Source: a virus. From it: DNA of 45,261 bases. Positions 1 through 9,042 of the stretch are shown here, one piece after another. How positions within the stretch are numbered: position 1 is the first letter of the stretch; the number at the start of each line of letters is the position of its first letter. The stretch lies in IMG/VR virus record IMGVR_UViG_3300034127_000011, positions 1-45,261 of that record. One strand, written 5' to 3'. The position numbers and the translations under genes were made by a program. The notes beneath the pieces are model-generated. The model saw only the letters and a list, made by a program, of their open reading frames with translations. It did no database searches and was not told where the DNA came from.

Positions 1-127
1 CGGGGGATACACTCGCGCTCTGATCATTACCCCCGAGCTGCACAATTATCAAATCAAAAACAGGCAACAGCCCGAGCACGGCTTTCTGTTGAGCCATCCA
101 CGCGGGGTCCTCGGGTTTAGTCCAATC
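1..127. repeat. Terminal direct repeat, left copy, identical to 45135..45261. It marks a closed genome of about 45,134 bp.
   Basis: Bases 1-127 (cgggggatacactcgcg...gtttagtccaatc) recur exactly at 45135-45261. The minus-strand reading frame is preserved across the join. Confidence 0.95.
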
Positions 128-1609
128 CCCCGATGCTGAGCCGCTGGCAGCGAGCTTGCTGACAATAACACCAGGGGTTGCGTTTTCCAGATAAACGCCG
201 AACAGGGTGGGTAACCCTGTTACAACTTCCATACGGAATTTCCAATTTATCTCACCTGCCGGCAATACGGGAAACGCAATTGACTGCGGGCCGCTTCCCG
301 AAAGTGTGAGCGTATTCCAACTGAGGGCATCACCCCAACGATACCGAAGCGTGCTTGTTGTACCGTTGCCCAAATATAACAATTTGCCGATTGTTATTGC
401 TGTTGTTATACCTGCTGTTGCAATGGCATTGATTGCCACGTAGTCGCCCACGGCGGCGGCTGTTATAGTTCGATTGTCAGGCGACGCCGTGCCCAACTCA
501 GATACAACCCAACTGCCGCCAAAAAAAGTACTGCTGCTGCGGGTGTACTGGAAATTTGTATCCCCTAGCGCCGCGCCGTGATTGAATCCGATATATCCAG
601 GCCCGGAAAACCCATACGTTTTTGCAAGCGCACGCGTCAACGGATTTACGCAATACAGATGGCCTGCAAAATACGAATCGCCCCACGCACCCACGCGGAA
701 CACCACGCTATCCCCATTGCGAAGCTGCCCCGTTCGCATATGCGTGTTTGTGCAATAAGATTGGTTGTTATGCAATGTTTTTGGATACCCCGCAGTGTCG
801 CCTATGATTGCAGCAATCAGTGGCGCCATGCGGGCGGCTAATCTTTCAACCATCCAGTCAGGGAACTGACCATCTGTATCCCTGACACATAAATCAGTCA
901 AATTACCTTGTGAGTCGGTGTTAGCAATTAAATACCCTTCGACATTATCTAGAATAGAAATGCCCAAAGTTCTTGCCAAATGCTGCAAGCTTAAAGTTGA
1001 GGGGCCGCCAAATTGAGACTCAGCCTCAAGCCAAGTGCGCAATCCGTTTATATCGCACAATGCAAATAACAACCCGTCAATGTCATCCGTGAATATGAGG
1101 CTTGTTATATAGGCAAATACCGCGTTCACCGCTGCGGCGCTGGGATAACGCTTTTTCTCTTCTGCGATACCCGTATTGTTGTAATATAGTATTAGATATT
1201 CCGAACTTTCTGCGGACGGCACACTAAAATAACGCCCGTTTGTTGTTGCAAGTAAGCCGGCAGAAACCGTGGTGAACACCCCTGAATTCAATGCCGCCAC
1301 GTTTGCCGCTGTCTGCGCTGCCGCTGCGGCTGCCGTACTGGCCGCAAGAGCTTGCGCGTTATCCAGGCATTGAATACGTATCGTCGTGTCACGCGAACTA
1401 CGAGCTATGCGTAAATCATATTCCCCGTCAGGCGCCTTGAATTGAACCAACCCCATTGCCGACGACGTGAAAGGGTTTGGTAGCGGTACACCGTTGACGT
1501 CAAAAACAGATGGGGCTAACGATGTTGTACCCGGTAAATACAGGTAGCATGACGCCCCAGGCATTACTGCACCTTGAGCATTTTGAGCAAAGAAATTTTT
1601 TGTTTCCAT
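1..1609 (-). CDS. Tail fibre/tailspike-like protein with SGNH (GDSL) esterase domain, N-terminal 536 codons. The gene runs off the left edge and continues at 45134..44809, giving 644 aa in total.
   Basis: I checked every triplet by hand and found no stop from the ATG at 1609 to base 1. AGGGA lies 8 nt upstream, and the ATG is 2 nt after the stop of 1612..2004. The ORF is absent from the track only because it leaves the window. The N-terminus YLYLPGTTSLAPSVFD...EYDLRI resembles the beta-sandwich of tail-fibre N-termini. GAWGDSYF (SGNH block I) lies at about 671-694. Confidence 0.85.
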   Translation of the reverse strand, partial: METKNFFAQNAQGAVMPGASCYLYLPGTTSLAPSVFDVNGVPLPNPFTSSAMGLVQFKAPDGEYDLRIARSSRDTTIRIQCLDNAQALAASTAAAAAAQTAANVAALNSGVFTTVSAGLLATTNGRYFSVPSAESSEYLILYYNNTGIAEEKKRYPSAAAVNAVFAYITSLIFTDDIDGLLFALCDINGLRTWLEAESQFGGPSTLSLQHLARTLGISILDNVEGYLIANTDSQGNLTDLCVRDTDGQFPDWMVERLAARMAPLIAAIIGDTAGYPKTLHNNQSYCTNTHMRTGQLRNGDSVVFRVGAWGDSYFAGHLYCVNPLTRALAKTYGFSGPGYIGFNHGAALGDTNFQYTRSSSTFFGGSWVVSELGTASPDNRTITAAAVGDYVAINAIATAGITTAITIGKLLYLGNGTTSTLRYRWGDALSWNTLTLSGSGPQSIAFPVLPAGEINWKFRMEVVTGLPTLFGVYLENATPGVIVSKLAASGSASGDWTKPEDPAWMAQQKAVLGLLPVFDLIIVQLGGNDQSASVSP

Positions 1610-1611
1610 CG

Positions 1612-2004
1612 TTATGTCCCTATTACAAAAGCCAACGGATTTATGACAAGTCCGTCAATAATAAATTCCTGTACAGCGTCCCAATCAAGAAGTATTGAAG
1701 GTATCGCCGCGCTCTCTGCGGCGCTTATGTAAATAAACTGCTGGTCAACGCCAAACCTATTGTAATCCGGCAGTTCATCATTTTCGGTGAGAATCCAGAA
1801 GTTGCCCGCCCCCTGCATGTACTTGTACGGAATCAACGGCGAGCCGCCAACGATGCGCTGCCCTGACAACAGCAGCACGTCATTTAAAAGCAGGGTGCAG
1901 CACATAACCCCGTTGCACTCTTTGATTGTGATATCCCAACGGTTGCCATCGAGGGTTACCGACAACTCTTGGTTCGGGGTTGCATCAAGTGAAATAGTTC
2001 TCAT
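1612..2004 (-). CDS. Hypothetical tail/baseplate-associated protein (130 aa)
   Basis: Long ORF in the tail module. Its start overlaps the upstream stop (ATGA). No recognisable motif. Confidence 0.6.
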   Translation of the reverse strand: MRTISLDATPNQELSVTLDGNRWDITIKECNGVMCCTLLLNDVLLLSGQRIVGGSPLIPYKYMQGAGNFWILTENDELPDYNRFGVDQQFIYISAAESAAIPSILLDWDAVQEFIIDGLVINPLAFVIGT

Positions 2005-2549
2005 GTTCCGAATACCCCTGCCAGTACAGACGCCTTGCGCTTAGTTGGCGCTGTGCTTTCGGTCGTTTGCACCTGGCCCTTTTTAACGGTACTGCCCTGC
2101 GATTTGTTCGCAACCTTGCGCGGTGGTAGCGCGCCGAATTCTGTTTTAATTGATTCGAAAACCCGCATTTTCACCAGCAGGGTAATACTCTCGCCCTGCT
2201 CGCTGTTTTCATCGTGCGGCATTTCGTAAATGAGCATGTTGGGGAAACTGTCAACCTTGGTCTGCACAACCAAAGTTGTTTGTGTTTTCCACGCTCGCTT
2301 GAACGCCGCATAAATGTTGCGGGTGTCCTCGGTGAGCAAGAACGGAATGTCAATCTCAACCGGCAGATAGACGATATGGTCTGACCGTTCGCTACCATCC
2401 TCAACGGTGAAGCTGAGCACCTTTGAAAGCTCGCGCACCGTAACTTGCATCGGGCTGGCGAGCGGGAAAAGCTGCGTGAAGTCTTCACCGTTGAGGATGG
2501 CTATGACGTCCTGGCTCAACGAGTTGACGCTTGTGTTTGTCGAACCCAT
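2001..2549 (-). CDS. Hypothetical tail protein downstream of the tape measure (182 aa)
   Basis: Long ORF whose start overlaps the tape-measure stop. Function is inferred from position only. Confidence 0.6.
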   Translation of the reverse strand: MGSTNTSVNSLSQDVIAILNGEDFTQLFPLASPMQVTVRELSKVLSFTVEDGSERSDHIVYLPVEIDIPFLLTEDTRNIYAAFKRAWKTQTTLVVQTKVDSFPNMLIYEMPHDENSEQGESITLLVKMRVFESIKTEFGALPPRKVANKSQGSTVKKGQVQTTESTAPTKRKASVLAGVFGT

Positions 2550-4099
2550 CAGCGCTCTCTCCCGTTTGCCGAACTCTCTTGCATTGATTGAAGCTGCTTA
2601 TCAAGAGCGCCCGTTGAAGCCTGCGCAATACCGGTGGCGTCCGTTGCCTGCGGTGCATTGACGTTGATTTCACCCACGCTTAGGTTGTTCTCTACCTTGC
2701 TGCTGGTGTTGGCGTTGCTGATAGCGTTGCTGGTGGTGGCGTTGAGGGGGCTTGCGCCGGCTGCGGCTAGCTGCTTCTGCCCCATGCGCACGGTGTCATT
2801 GCCGGGGATGTCGCTCGCGTCCTGGCCGCTGCCGCTCGGCAATGCGGGCTTGTTCGGGGTCGCCTCGGGCTCATCAGAACCAATGCCGAAGAACGTCGCA
2901 ACCGTGGACACCCCGGCAGCGATTTGGCGAATGCCTGCAAGGATGAAATCCATCATTTGCTGAAACCCGACCGTCAACGCTCGCCAGACATCGGCACCCA
3001 TCTGCCCGAGGAATTTGAACGCCATTGCCAAAGCCTCAACGAGCGCCTTGACCGCAGGGTATTTTTCAACCATCTGACCTATGAGCGAGTCGTTACCATC
3101 AATAAAATTCATGATGTCGTCATAGATCAAAGCGAACGCCGCAGCAGCCAGCCCGATTACGGCAGCGATGGCAAGTATCGGCCAGGTTGCGGCCAGGGTG
3201 GCAGCCGCTGCGGCAAGCATCGCAGGCACGTAGAACACGCCGACGACTGTACCGATTGCGATAAAGAACCCTGCCACTAAATCCTTGTGATCCTCAAGCC
3301 ATTTGAAGCCATCACCAAGCACCTCAAGCACCTTGGTGATGTATGGCATCAGGGTCGTTGAAATGCTCAAACCTGCCCGCTCAAAGCCGGCGCTGAGTTC
3401 GTTCCACGCCGACTTGAACTTAATGGCCTGCTCAGCGTTCTCCTTGGTGACCACGCCTTGTTCTTTCTGCTTCTCAAGCAGGCGCTCAAGTTCCTTGCGG
3501 CCTTTCAACACCATTTCAACCGTGCGATTGTCGGTGATGCCAAGTTCCTTGATTTTAAAAACGGCTTCGTTCTTCGGCAGTTTCTCAACCGCAGCGGCCA
3601 AATCAAGGATGCCAGCAACCGCACCCTTTGAGTTCCCCTGTGCGTCCTTGAGGCCAACGCCGAGCGACTTGAACGCCTTTGCCGCGCCTGACTCAACGTC
3701 GCTTGCAGCCTCACCCATTTTCTCGGCCAGGTCGGTCAGCGAGTCGCGGGCACCCTGAGCATCGCCGCCCATTGCGGTTGCGGCTTTGCCGAAGGCGTCA
3801 ACGTTCTCAATCGTTTCACCGAGCGCGTCAGCGGTCTGCTGTAGCGCGACGATCATGTTGGCCGACTCAAAGACCCCGCCGATAGTTGCCTTTGCTGCAA
3901 GGAAACCTGCGTACGCTTTAGCCGCGTCAACAATAGTCTCTTTCATTGACTTGCCGACTTTATCTGCGGCTGAGTCAGCGTCTTTTAGCTTGGCAATCAG
4001 GGCCTCAGCGGTCATGACACCTTTTTTATTGCCGTCAACAACCGACTTGGTGTCGGATTGAAACACTGTTACCCAGGTGTCGAGAATGCCGCCCATCAC
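2549..4099 (-). CDS. Tail tape measure protein
   Basis: 516 aa. The protein has an Ala/Gly-rich helical N-terminal half, a hydrophobic central stretch (FFIAIGTVVGVFYVPAMLAAAAATLAATWPILAIAAVIGLAAAAFALI) and sits after the chaperone gene. The start is GTG at 4099 or ATG at 4096. Confidence 0.85.
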   Translation of the reverse strand: MMGGILDTWVTVFQSDTKSVVDGNKKGVMTAEALIAKLKDADSAADKVGKSMKETIVDAAKAYAGFLAAKATIGGVFESANMIVALQQTADALGETIENVDAFGKAATAMGGDAQGARDSLTDLAEKMGEAASDVESGAAKAFKSLGVGLKDAQGNSKGAVAGILDLAAAVEKLPKNEAVFKIKELGITDNRTVEMVLKGRKELERLLEKQKEQGVVTKENAEQAIKFKSAWNELSAGFERAGLSISTTLMPYITKVLEVLGDGFKWLEDHKDLVAGFFIAIGTVVGVFYVPAMLAAAAATLAATWPILAIAAVIGLAAAAFALIYDDIMNFIDGNDSLIGQMVEKYPAVKALVEALAMAFKFLGQMGADVWRALTVGFQQMMDFILAGIRQIAAGVSTVATFFGIGSDEPEATPNKPALPSGSGQDASDIPGNDTVRMGQKQLAAAGASPLNATTSNAISNANTSSKVENNLSVGEINVNAPQATDATGIAQASTGALDKQLQSMQESSANGRER

Positions 4100-4207
4100 T
4101 TACCGCCCTTTATCTCTCGCGTATTCGGCTGCCTTGTGTTCGTTGAAGCGATTGACCTGTATGAACTCCCACAGGTCAAAGGCTTCCTCAAGGTCTATTG
4201 AGGTTTT
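4100..4207 (-). CDS. Putative -1 frameshift extension (T part of a G/GT-type chaperone fusion)
   Basis: The -1 frame reads ...TSIDLEEAFDLWEFIQVNRFNEHKAAEYARDKGR. It ends with TAA at 4100-4102, directly abutting the tape-measure GTG at 4099. An A-run, TCAAAAC (4204-4207 forward tttt), lies 2 codons before the G stop. Confidence 0.45.
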   Translation of the reverse strand, partial: KTSIDLEEAFDLWEFIQVNRFNEHKAAEYARDKGR

Positions 4208-4668
4208 GAGTTCAGTGAGGCTGACAGCGCCCTGGCTGCCGGTGAGGATGCACCCAATGAATCCGTCACCGTTTGGATAATCAACGGTAGGTGCTTGGCA
4301 ATCAACTCGCGAAAGAAAGTCGAGAGATCGCCTTGACCGAAAAAACTTGTGTTGTATTGCAGCATGGCATATTCGATGCGCAACAGTTGCTCACCGTCAG
4401 TGATGTGATTGTTTATCAGCGACTCGTTGACCAACGCAATCTCGCGTTGTTCGGCGCCCTCACCAACCCGAACAGCAACGAAGCTCATCAGCAATTTCAT
4501 AACATCTTTCGACGCCTGGTATTCGCCAAGCTTCGGGATGTTACTCACTGGATACTTCGCCATCACTTCCCGCATTGGGATTGCGGGAACCCGCGAAATG
4601 ATGAACGTTTTTACGTTCCCGTCGCAGTCCTTGATTTCAACATCTTTCGGTTTGATGAGGTCAGCCAT
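4195..4668 (-). CDS. Tail assembly chaperone (gpG-like)
   Basis: 157-aa ORF between the tube and tape-measure genes. The -1 frame stays open across its 3' end. Confidence 0.7.
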   Translation of the reverse strand: MADLIKPKDVEIKDCDGNVKTFIISRVPAIPMREVMAKYPVSNIPKLGEYQASKDVMKLLMSFVAVRVGEGAEQREIALVNESLINNHITDGEQLLRIEYAMLQYNTSFFGQGDLSTFFRELIAKHLPLIIQTVTDSLGASSPAARALSASLNSKPQ

Positions 4669-4672
4669 TGTC

Positions 4673-5134
4673 TTAGTTCCCCGAGCCCTTGGTTGTTGCG
4701 ATGTTTTCGAAAGTCATGCCGTACACACTGTCTTTGTAACGGCCTGCGGATGTTGCCGAGCGACCAGGCATGTAGGTCATGCACTTGCCACCCGAGAGTG
4801 TCACGGTGCCGCCGTCAGGGTAGCTGCCGATAAAGGTCAGCTTGTCCCGAGCAACACGCTTGCCCTTTGCTGCACGGTTGGCATCAAAGCCGTATTGCAG
4901 CGCGATGTCATTTTCACTACCAGGAATAACGGCAATCTTGACAGGGATTGGCTTAGGTGCCGACCACGTAACCAAATCACCGTTGGCGGTCATTGCGGCG
5001 TCCGCAATTTGCACCTCGGGGATGTCGAGCGGGTCGGTGCCGTCTGCAATCTCGTTTACGGTAACGCCGTTGGGGTAGGTTTCGCTGAATACGATGCGAA
5101 AGCTAATACCCGTCGAGCTGATATCTTGCGACAT
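4673..5134 (-). CDS. Tail tube protein (putative, DUF3277-like by position)
   Basis: 153-aa ORF immediately downstream of the sheath gene. Confidence 0.6.
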   Translation of the reverse strand: MSQDISSTGISFRIVFSETYPNGVTVNEIADGTDPLDIPEVQIADAAMTANGDLVTWSAPKPIPVKIAVIPGSENDIALQYGFDANRAAKGKRVARDKLTFIGSYPDGGTVTLSGGKCMTYMPGRSATSAGRYKDSVYGMTFENIATTKGSGN

Positions 5135-5149
5135 AATTAACGCTCCAAA

Positions 5150-6667
5150 TTATACGAGGTTGTGCGAGCCTTCGATTTTGCGCACGACATCATTTTTCGA
5201 ATACACGAGAGTGTACACGGCTTTGTATTCGGTCGTGTTGCTCGGGCCGGTGTACGGAACAATTACAACGTCAGCCCAATAACCATTGGTCTGCACATCG
5301 CGCCATGCATCAGTGTCGTTGGTGAGCTGGGTGACTGCAATTTGTTGCAGCGTGGTCAACAGCTTGCCGATGCGAATGACACCGTTGCGCTTGGCCTGCA
5401 CAACACGACCGAGCAGCAGACCCATGATGATACCGCGCCCGGTGTCATCTGCTGGAATCTCACCGAGTGCCATTTGGCCGCTCAGGAAATCGGCTTGCAG
5501 TGCGGACTTCAACCATTGCTCATTGAAGTGCACGTTGATGTCCAGGGGTGCTGTGGCACCGCCGAGCAAATAGCCGCGTTGGAAGAATGCGAGCTTCTGG
5601 CCAGCGTTCGACGTGGTGCCGTAATAGTTCACGCGCAACGCGTCCAGGCCGTTTGCGGTCGTGTTGTCGCTAACGTCGTTATCGTTTTGGAAAGGCCCCT
5701 GACGGTACATGGTGTTGACCACGGCGTTGGAACGGTCGTAGTCGATAGCGGCGCCGATAGCAGCCGGCAACGACTCTTTGTATTCGTCGGCAAGCCCGTT
5801 GAGGATAAGGCCGGTTGATGCGTACTGCGAAAGGCGCGCATAGGTCGTTGCCGCGTTGGCCTGGCTGACCTGATAGTAGAACTGGTATTTGACGTTGAGC
5901 GCGGCGTTGTAGAGCGCAACAGCCTCGGCTTGGTCAAGGGTGATTGCCGACGCATACGAGAACGTGCCAAACGAGTCGGTCACCTGCTCGGCAGCTTGTA
6001 GCGCCTCTACCGGGGCCTGTACGGCTGCCCCAGGCGAAAAGATTGCCAGGCTTGCGCGCCAGCCGAGCAGCGTACCGACGTCACCGCCAGCAGCCACGCC
6101 GAGCGCGACAGGTGCGGCACCCGTAGCACCACCGACCAGATTGAACGCCGACGCCACCGCGTCATAGGTGACGGTTGCAGTTGCCCAAACCGGCGCAACG
6201 TTGGCGGCACGGATTGCGGTCTGCAAGATGCTTGCGACGTCGGCCAGGGTTGCGGCTGTCGAAAAGTTCAACGCACTCACGGTTGCACTCACGGCGCCGA
6301 GAGTCAGCGGCAGCGTACCGGCAACAACAGCGGTGAAGCTGGCCAACGTCGGAACGATCTTGCCGCCGAAAATGCGCGGTGCCCGAGCAACGTCTACGAA
6401 CGGTGCAAAGCGCAGAGTGTCAGCCCTGCTCGCAGGTGGCGGCGAAATGTAGGAGGCGTATTGCGCGGCGAACTCAGCGTCGGGCGAGTCGCTGCCGAAC
6501 AGCGCTGCGGCTTCGGTCGCGATATCGTCAGTCAAGCTGACCACGGTGCCTGCTGGTACTTTGGGGTCAGTGGTAAAGCGGAGCCCGCAAAGTGAGCGCG
6601 AAGCGACCACCTGCGCGCCGACAACACCTGACGTGATTTCGACGTAACGGTTAATGCTAATAGGCAT
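5150..6667 (-). CDS. Tail sheath protein (DUF3383-like)
   Basis: 505 aa. The N-terminus MPISINRYVEITSGVVGA is typical of DUF3383 sheath proteins as I recall them. The size and position upstream of the tube, chaperone and tape-measure genes also fit. Confidence 0.7.
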   Translation of the reverse strand: MPISINRYVEITSGVVGAQVVASRSLCGLRFTTDPKVPAGTVVSLTDDIATEAAALFGSDSPDAEFAAQYASYISPPPASRADTLRFAPFVDVARAPRIFGGKIVPTLASFTAVVAGTLPLTLGAVSATVSALNFSTAATLADVASILQTAIRAANVAPVWATATVTYDAVASAFNLVGGATGAAPVALGVAAGGDVGTLLGWRASLAIFSPGAAVQAPVEALQAAEQVTDSFGTFSYASAITLDQAEAVALYNAALNVKYQFYYQVSQANAATTYARLSQYASTGLILNGLADEYKESLPAAIGAAIDYDRSNAVVNTMYRQGPFQNDNDVSDNTTANGLDALRVNYYGTTSNAGQKLAFFQRGYLLGGATAPLDINVHFNEQWLKSALQADFLSGQMALGEIPADDTGRGIIMGLLLGRVVQAKRNGVIRIGKLLTTLQQIAVTQLTNDTDAWRDVQTNGYWADVVIVPYTGPSNTTEYKAVYTLVYSKNDVVRKIEGSHNLV

Positions 6668-6677
6668 GATGGCCCCT

Positions 6678-7217
6678 TTATACTCGGTGGATTGCGAATT
6701 CTGCGGTTGTGATTATCGCAGACTTTTGGATTATGGTCCGTCGATAGCTCAGAGTAAAATCAAAGCTCGGGCCAGCCTCAAACTGTGCACGGTCGTTGAC
6801 TACAAAGTTCGGCTTTGTGTCCGCTATTTTCTCGATGCCCATACCGTTTGCTTTTAGTGCTGCAATGAACGGCGGCGACTTGAGCAGCATCAGGGCGAGC
6901 TTCACGACGTCGGCTGCACGCGGCACGCTCAAGTCTGTTGTGACCGCTGGGGCAAACCCTTGCACCTGAAAACTGATGCGCATTCGTTGGGTCGAGGTGA
7001 CGGTTGTTTGCCCTGTACCTGCGTTGGTTTTGGTGGTGCTCCCCTGTGCGCCGTGCGGCACGTCGCCAATCTCGACAAAGTACAGCACCGGGCCATCTAA
7101 TCGCCCTTGGTTGTTTGTCTGAAAACTTGAGGTGACGTTAACCCCCGACTGCCCCTGCTCGGCCAGCATCGTCAGCATTTGAGTTCGGAAGAACGCCGCG
7201 ATTTCGTTATTGGTCAT
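6678..7217 (-). CDS. Putative tail completion/terminator protein
   Basis: 179-aa ORF directly upstream of the sheath gene. The call is by position only. Confidence 0.45.
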   Translation of the reverse strand: MTNNEIAAFFRTQMLTMLAEQGQSGVNVTSSFQTNNQGRLDGPVLYFVEIGDVPHGAQGSTTKTNAGTGQTTVTSTQRMRISFQVQGFAPAVTTDLSVPRAADVVKLALMLLKSPPFIAALKANGMGIEKIADTKPNFVVNDRAQFEAGPSFDFTLSYRRTIIQKSAIITTAEFAIHRV

Positions 7218-7591
7218 CAGTCAGCCGCACCTATGTCAACAAACATTGCTGATTGCCAACCGTCTACATCGTTCCACGGAACATCTGACACCGTGCTGTA
7301 CTTGCGCCCGTTGCGCTCGCACAGGTCAGGCGATTCGCCCCGGTTGATAGAGTTGATTTTCTCGCTGGCGTAGAACATGAAATATTTCTTTGTCAGGTCC
7401 AAACCAAGCGACTCGTATTTAGCCTGGTCTATGATCTGCCATGAGCCCTCTACAGGCACCTGCACGGCATACGTGGTCACCCATTCCCCTATTGCGTTCT
7501 GTACGCGGCCCGTGGCGCGGCTCAGCGCGATCTGCGTTGGTGCAATGACCGTCAGCGCGATGGATAAAAGGTTGCTGCCTGGCACGATCAT
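7217..7591 (-). CDS. Hypothetical neck/head-tail joining protein
   Basis: 124-aa ORF coupled to its neighbours in the neck module. Confidence 0.5.
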   Translation of the reverse strand: MIVPGSNLLSIALTVIAPTQIALSRATGRVQNAIGEWVTTYAVQVPVEGSWQIIDQAKYESLGLDLTKKYFMFYASEKINSINRGESPDLCERNGRKYSTVSDVPWNDVDGWQSAMFVDIGAAD

Positions 7592-8088
7592 ATTGAGGCG
7601 TCCTTATCGGTAACTTGGTTGGTCAAGCTGGTCTGCATGTAGCCGGTGAAGTGCAGCGGGTCTTTGTTGACCTCTTCGATACTGATCCCGCGAACCCTGG
7701 CCCGCGCCGCAATGGTGGCCTCAGCCAACGGGGCGAACTCAGCAGTTGCCAGGGTCTTGCGAATGTCGCCCGCAACTTGCAACCCTAGCAGATCATACAT
7801 GTTGCTTGCCGTGTGCTTGCCGGCCATCACTGACGCTGACCCTTTGGCCAGAAGAACCGCCCAACCCTTTTGCTTCTCCGTCTGCGTTGCGCGCACAAAG
7901 GAACGCGGGGGTTGGTTGTTCTCAGGGTTGCCGAACTCAGCAATAGTTGCCACGTAGGCGACCGGCACGTTGCTGTCTGGATACTTGGCGGTTGAGAACC
8001 ATCCTACAACCGCCTGCTTCTTTTGCAGGTCAGCAAGGCGTTTCGCCAAAACATCCCGCCCGACACCCGCGCCTTTGCTGACCTTCAT
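7588..8088 (-). CDS. Putative HK97 gp10-like head-tail component
   Basis: 166 aa. The VGWF...YVATIAEFG pattern resembles the gp10 family, and the position in the neck module fits. Confidence 0.45.
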   Translation of the reverse strand: MKVSKGAGVGRDVLAKRLADLQKKQAVVGWFSTAKYPDSNVPVAYVATIAEFGNPENNQPPRSFVRATQTEKQKGWAVLLAKGSASVMAGKHTASNMYDLLGLQVAGDIRKTLATAEFAPLAEATIAARARVRGISIEEVNKDPLHFTGYMQTSLTNQVTDKDASI

Positions 8089-8092
8089 TGCA

Positions 8093-8551
8093 TCACCTCA
8101 ATCTCATGCGACCGCGTGGGACACCGAACACACCTCGAAACGCCAGGCCCTCGGGCGAGCCCCCAACGATGCCACCGCCCCGCGACAGGATGCGCAGCAG
8201 GGCCAACAGTTGCTTGCCGTACGGCGTTGTGTTGAGCCAGTAGGCCCACGCGCTCTTAGACTCGGGCGCAACCAGGGTCACCGATACCTTGTCGATGGTG
8301 GCGCCTGCAACCGGGGCTGCGCTGGTGTTGCCTGCAACGATCAGTTGGTTAAGCCAAGTGAGGTGCGCGGTCATCAGGTCAAGGGCGAGTTGCAATTGCA
8401 CCCCGCTCATACCACCCCAATCACTTGGGAAAATGTACGCGGTCGCCATAGCAAAATACCCCGAAAGTTGCCCGTCGGGGTATTTGGTTGTACTCGTGAA
8501 CGCTGGGAACTGTTCACGAAAGGCGACCGAGTTAAAAACATGCTCGGCCAT
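8093..8551 (-). CDS. Putative head-tail connector (DUF4054-like)
   Basis: 152 aa. The N-terminal FREQFPAF...Y motif and its position after the capsid genes fit. The family name comes from memory. Confidence 0.45.
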   Translation of the reverse strand: MAEHVFNSVAFREQFPAFTSTTKYPDGQLSGYFAMATAYIFPSDWGGMSGVQLQLALDLMTAHLTWLNQLIVAGNTSAAPVAGATIDKVSVTLVAPESKSAWAYWLNTTPYGKQLLALLRILSRGGGIVGGSPEGLAFRGVFGVPRGRMRLR

Positions 8552-8562
8552 GATGCTTCACC

Positions 8563-8982
8563 TTATTTGCGTGCGCGACGTGCGCCGGTTGGTGGCGGGG
8601 TATCAACTTGTACAGTGTTGACCACGGTGGGTGGCTTCAGACCTTCGGCCAAGTAATCCTGCTCAACGTCCGGCGCCGAGTCGTCGCGGCCTTCCATATC
8701 GCTTGCGGCCAAGTCAGCGTCGCGGATGTCGGCAACGCTGTCGATGGTGATAAACCCACCCTTCTTGTGGAACTTGAACACGGCGTCATTTTCGAGAAAC
8801 GCCAGCTCATCGTCAGTGACCTGAGTGCCGACACCACGCGGGGTGATGATGGTTTTGCGGTGAGCAACGTTCGCACCACCGTTGATGGTGACGGACTTAC
8901 CGGCAACGCTGAGGCCACCGGGTGAGGTTTTCCAGTCGGTGTAAGTAACAGCACCGGTCATGGTCGAGAAAATTAATGGCAT
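8563..8982 (-). CDS. Hypothetical head-associated protein (139 aa)
   Basis: I chose the ATG at 8982 because AGAAGGG lies about 8 nt upstream. The track start at 9027 lacks an RBS. Confidence 0.55.
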   Translation of the reverse strand: MPLIFSTMTGAVTYTDWKTSPGGLSVAGKSVTINGGANVAHRKTIITPRGVGTQVTDDELAFLENDAVFKFHKKGGFITIDSVADIRDADLAASDMEGRDDSAPDVEQDYLAEGLKPPTVVNTVQVDTPPPTGARRARK

Positions 8983-9042
8983 GTCAAAGCCCTTCTGTTG
9001 TTTGGATAAGGGCGCCCAACATAGCACGCCCTTGACGGTTTG

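Noticed and set aside
207-841. Several 60-90-aa ORFs on both strands at the window start
   Set aside because: All lie inside the hand-verified open minus-strand frame of the SGNH tail gene (1..1609).
5162-5818. 218-aa plus-strand ORF
   Set aside because: It is antisense to the tail sheath gene and has spurious composition.
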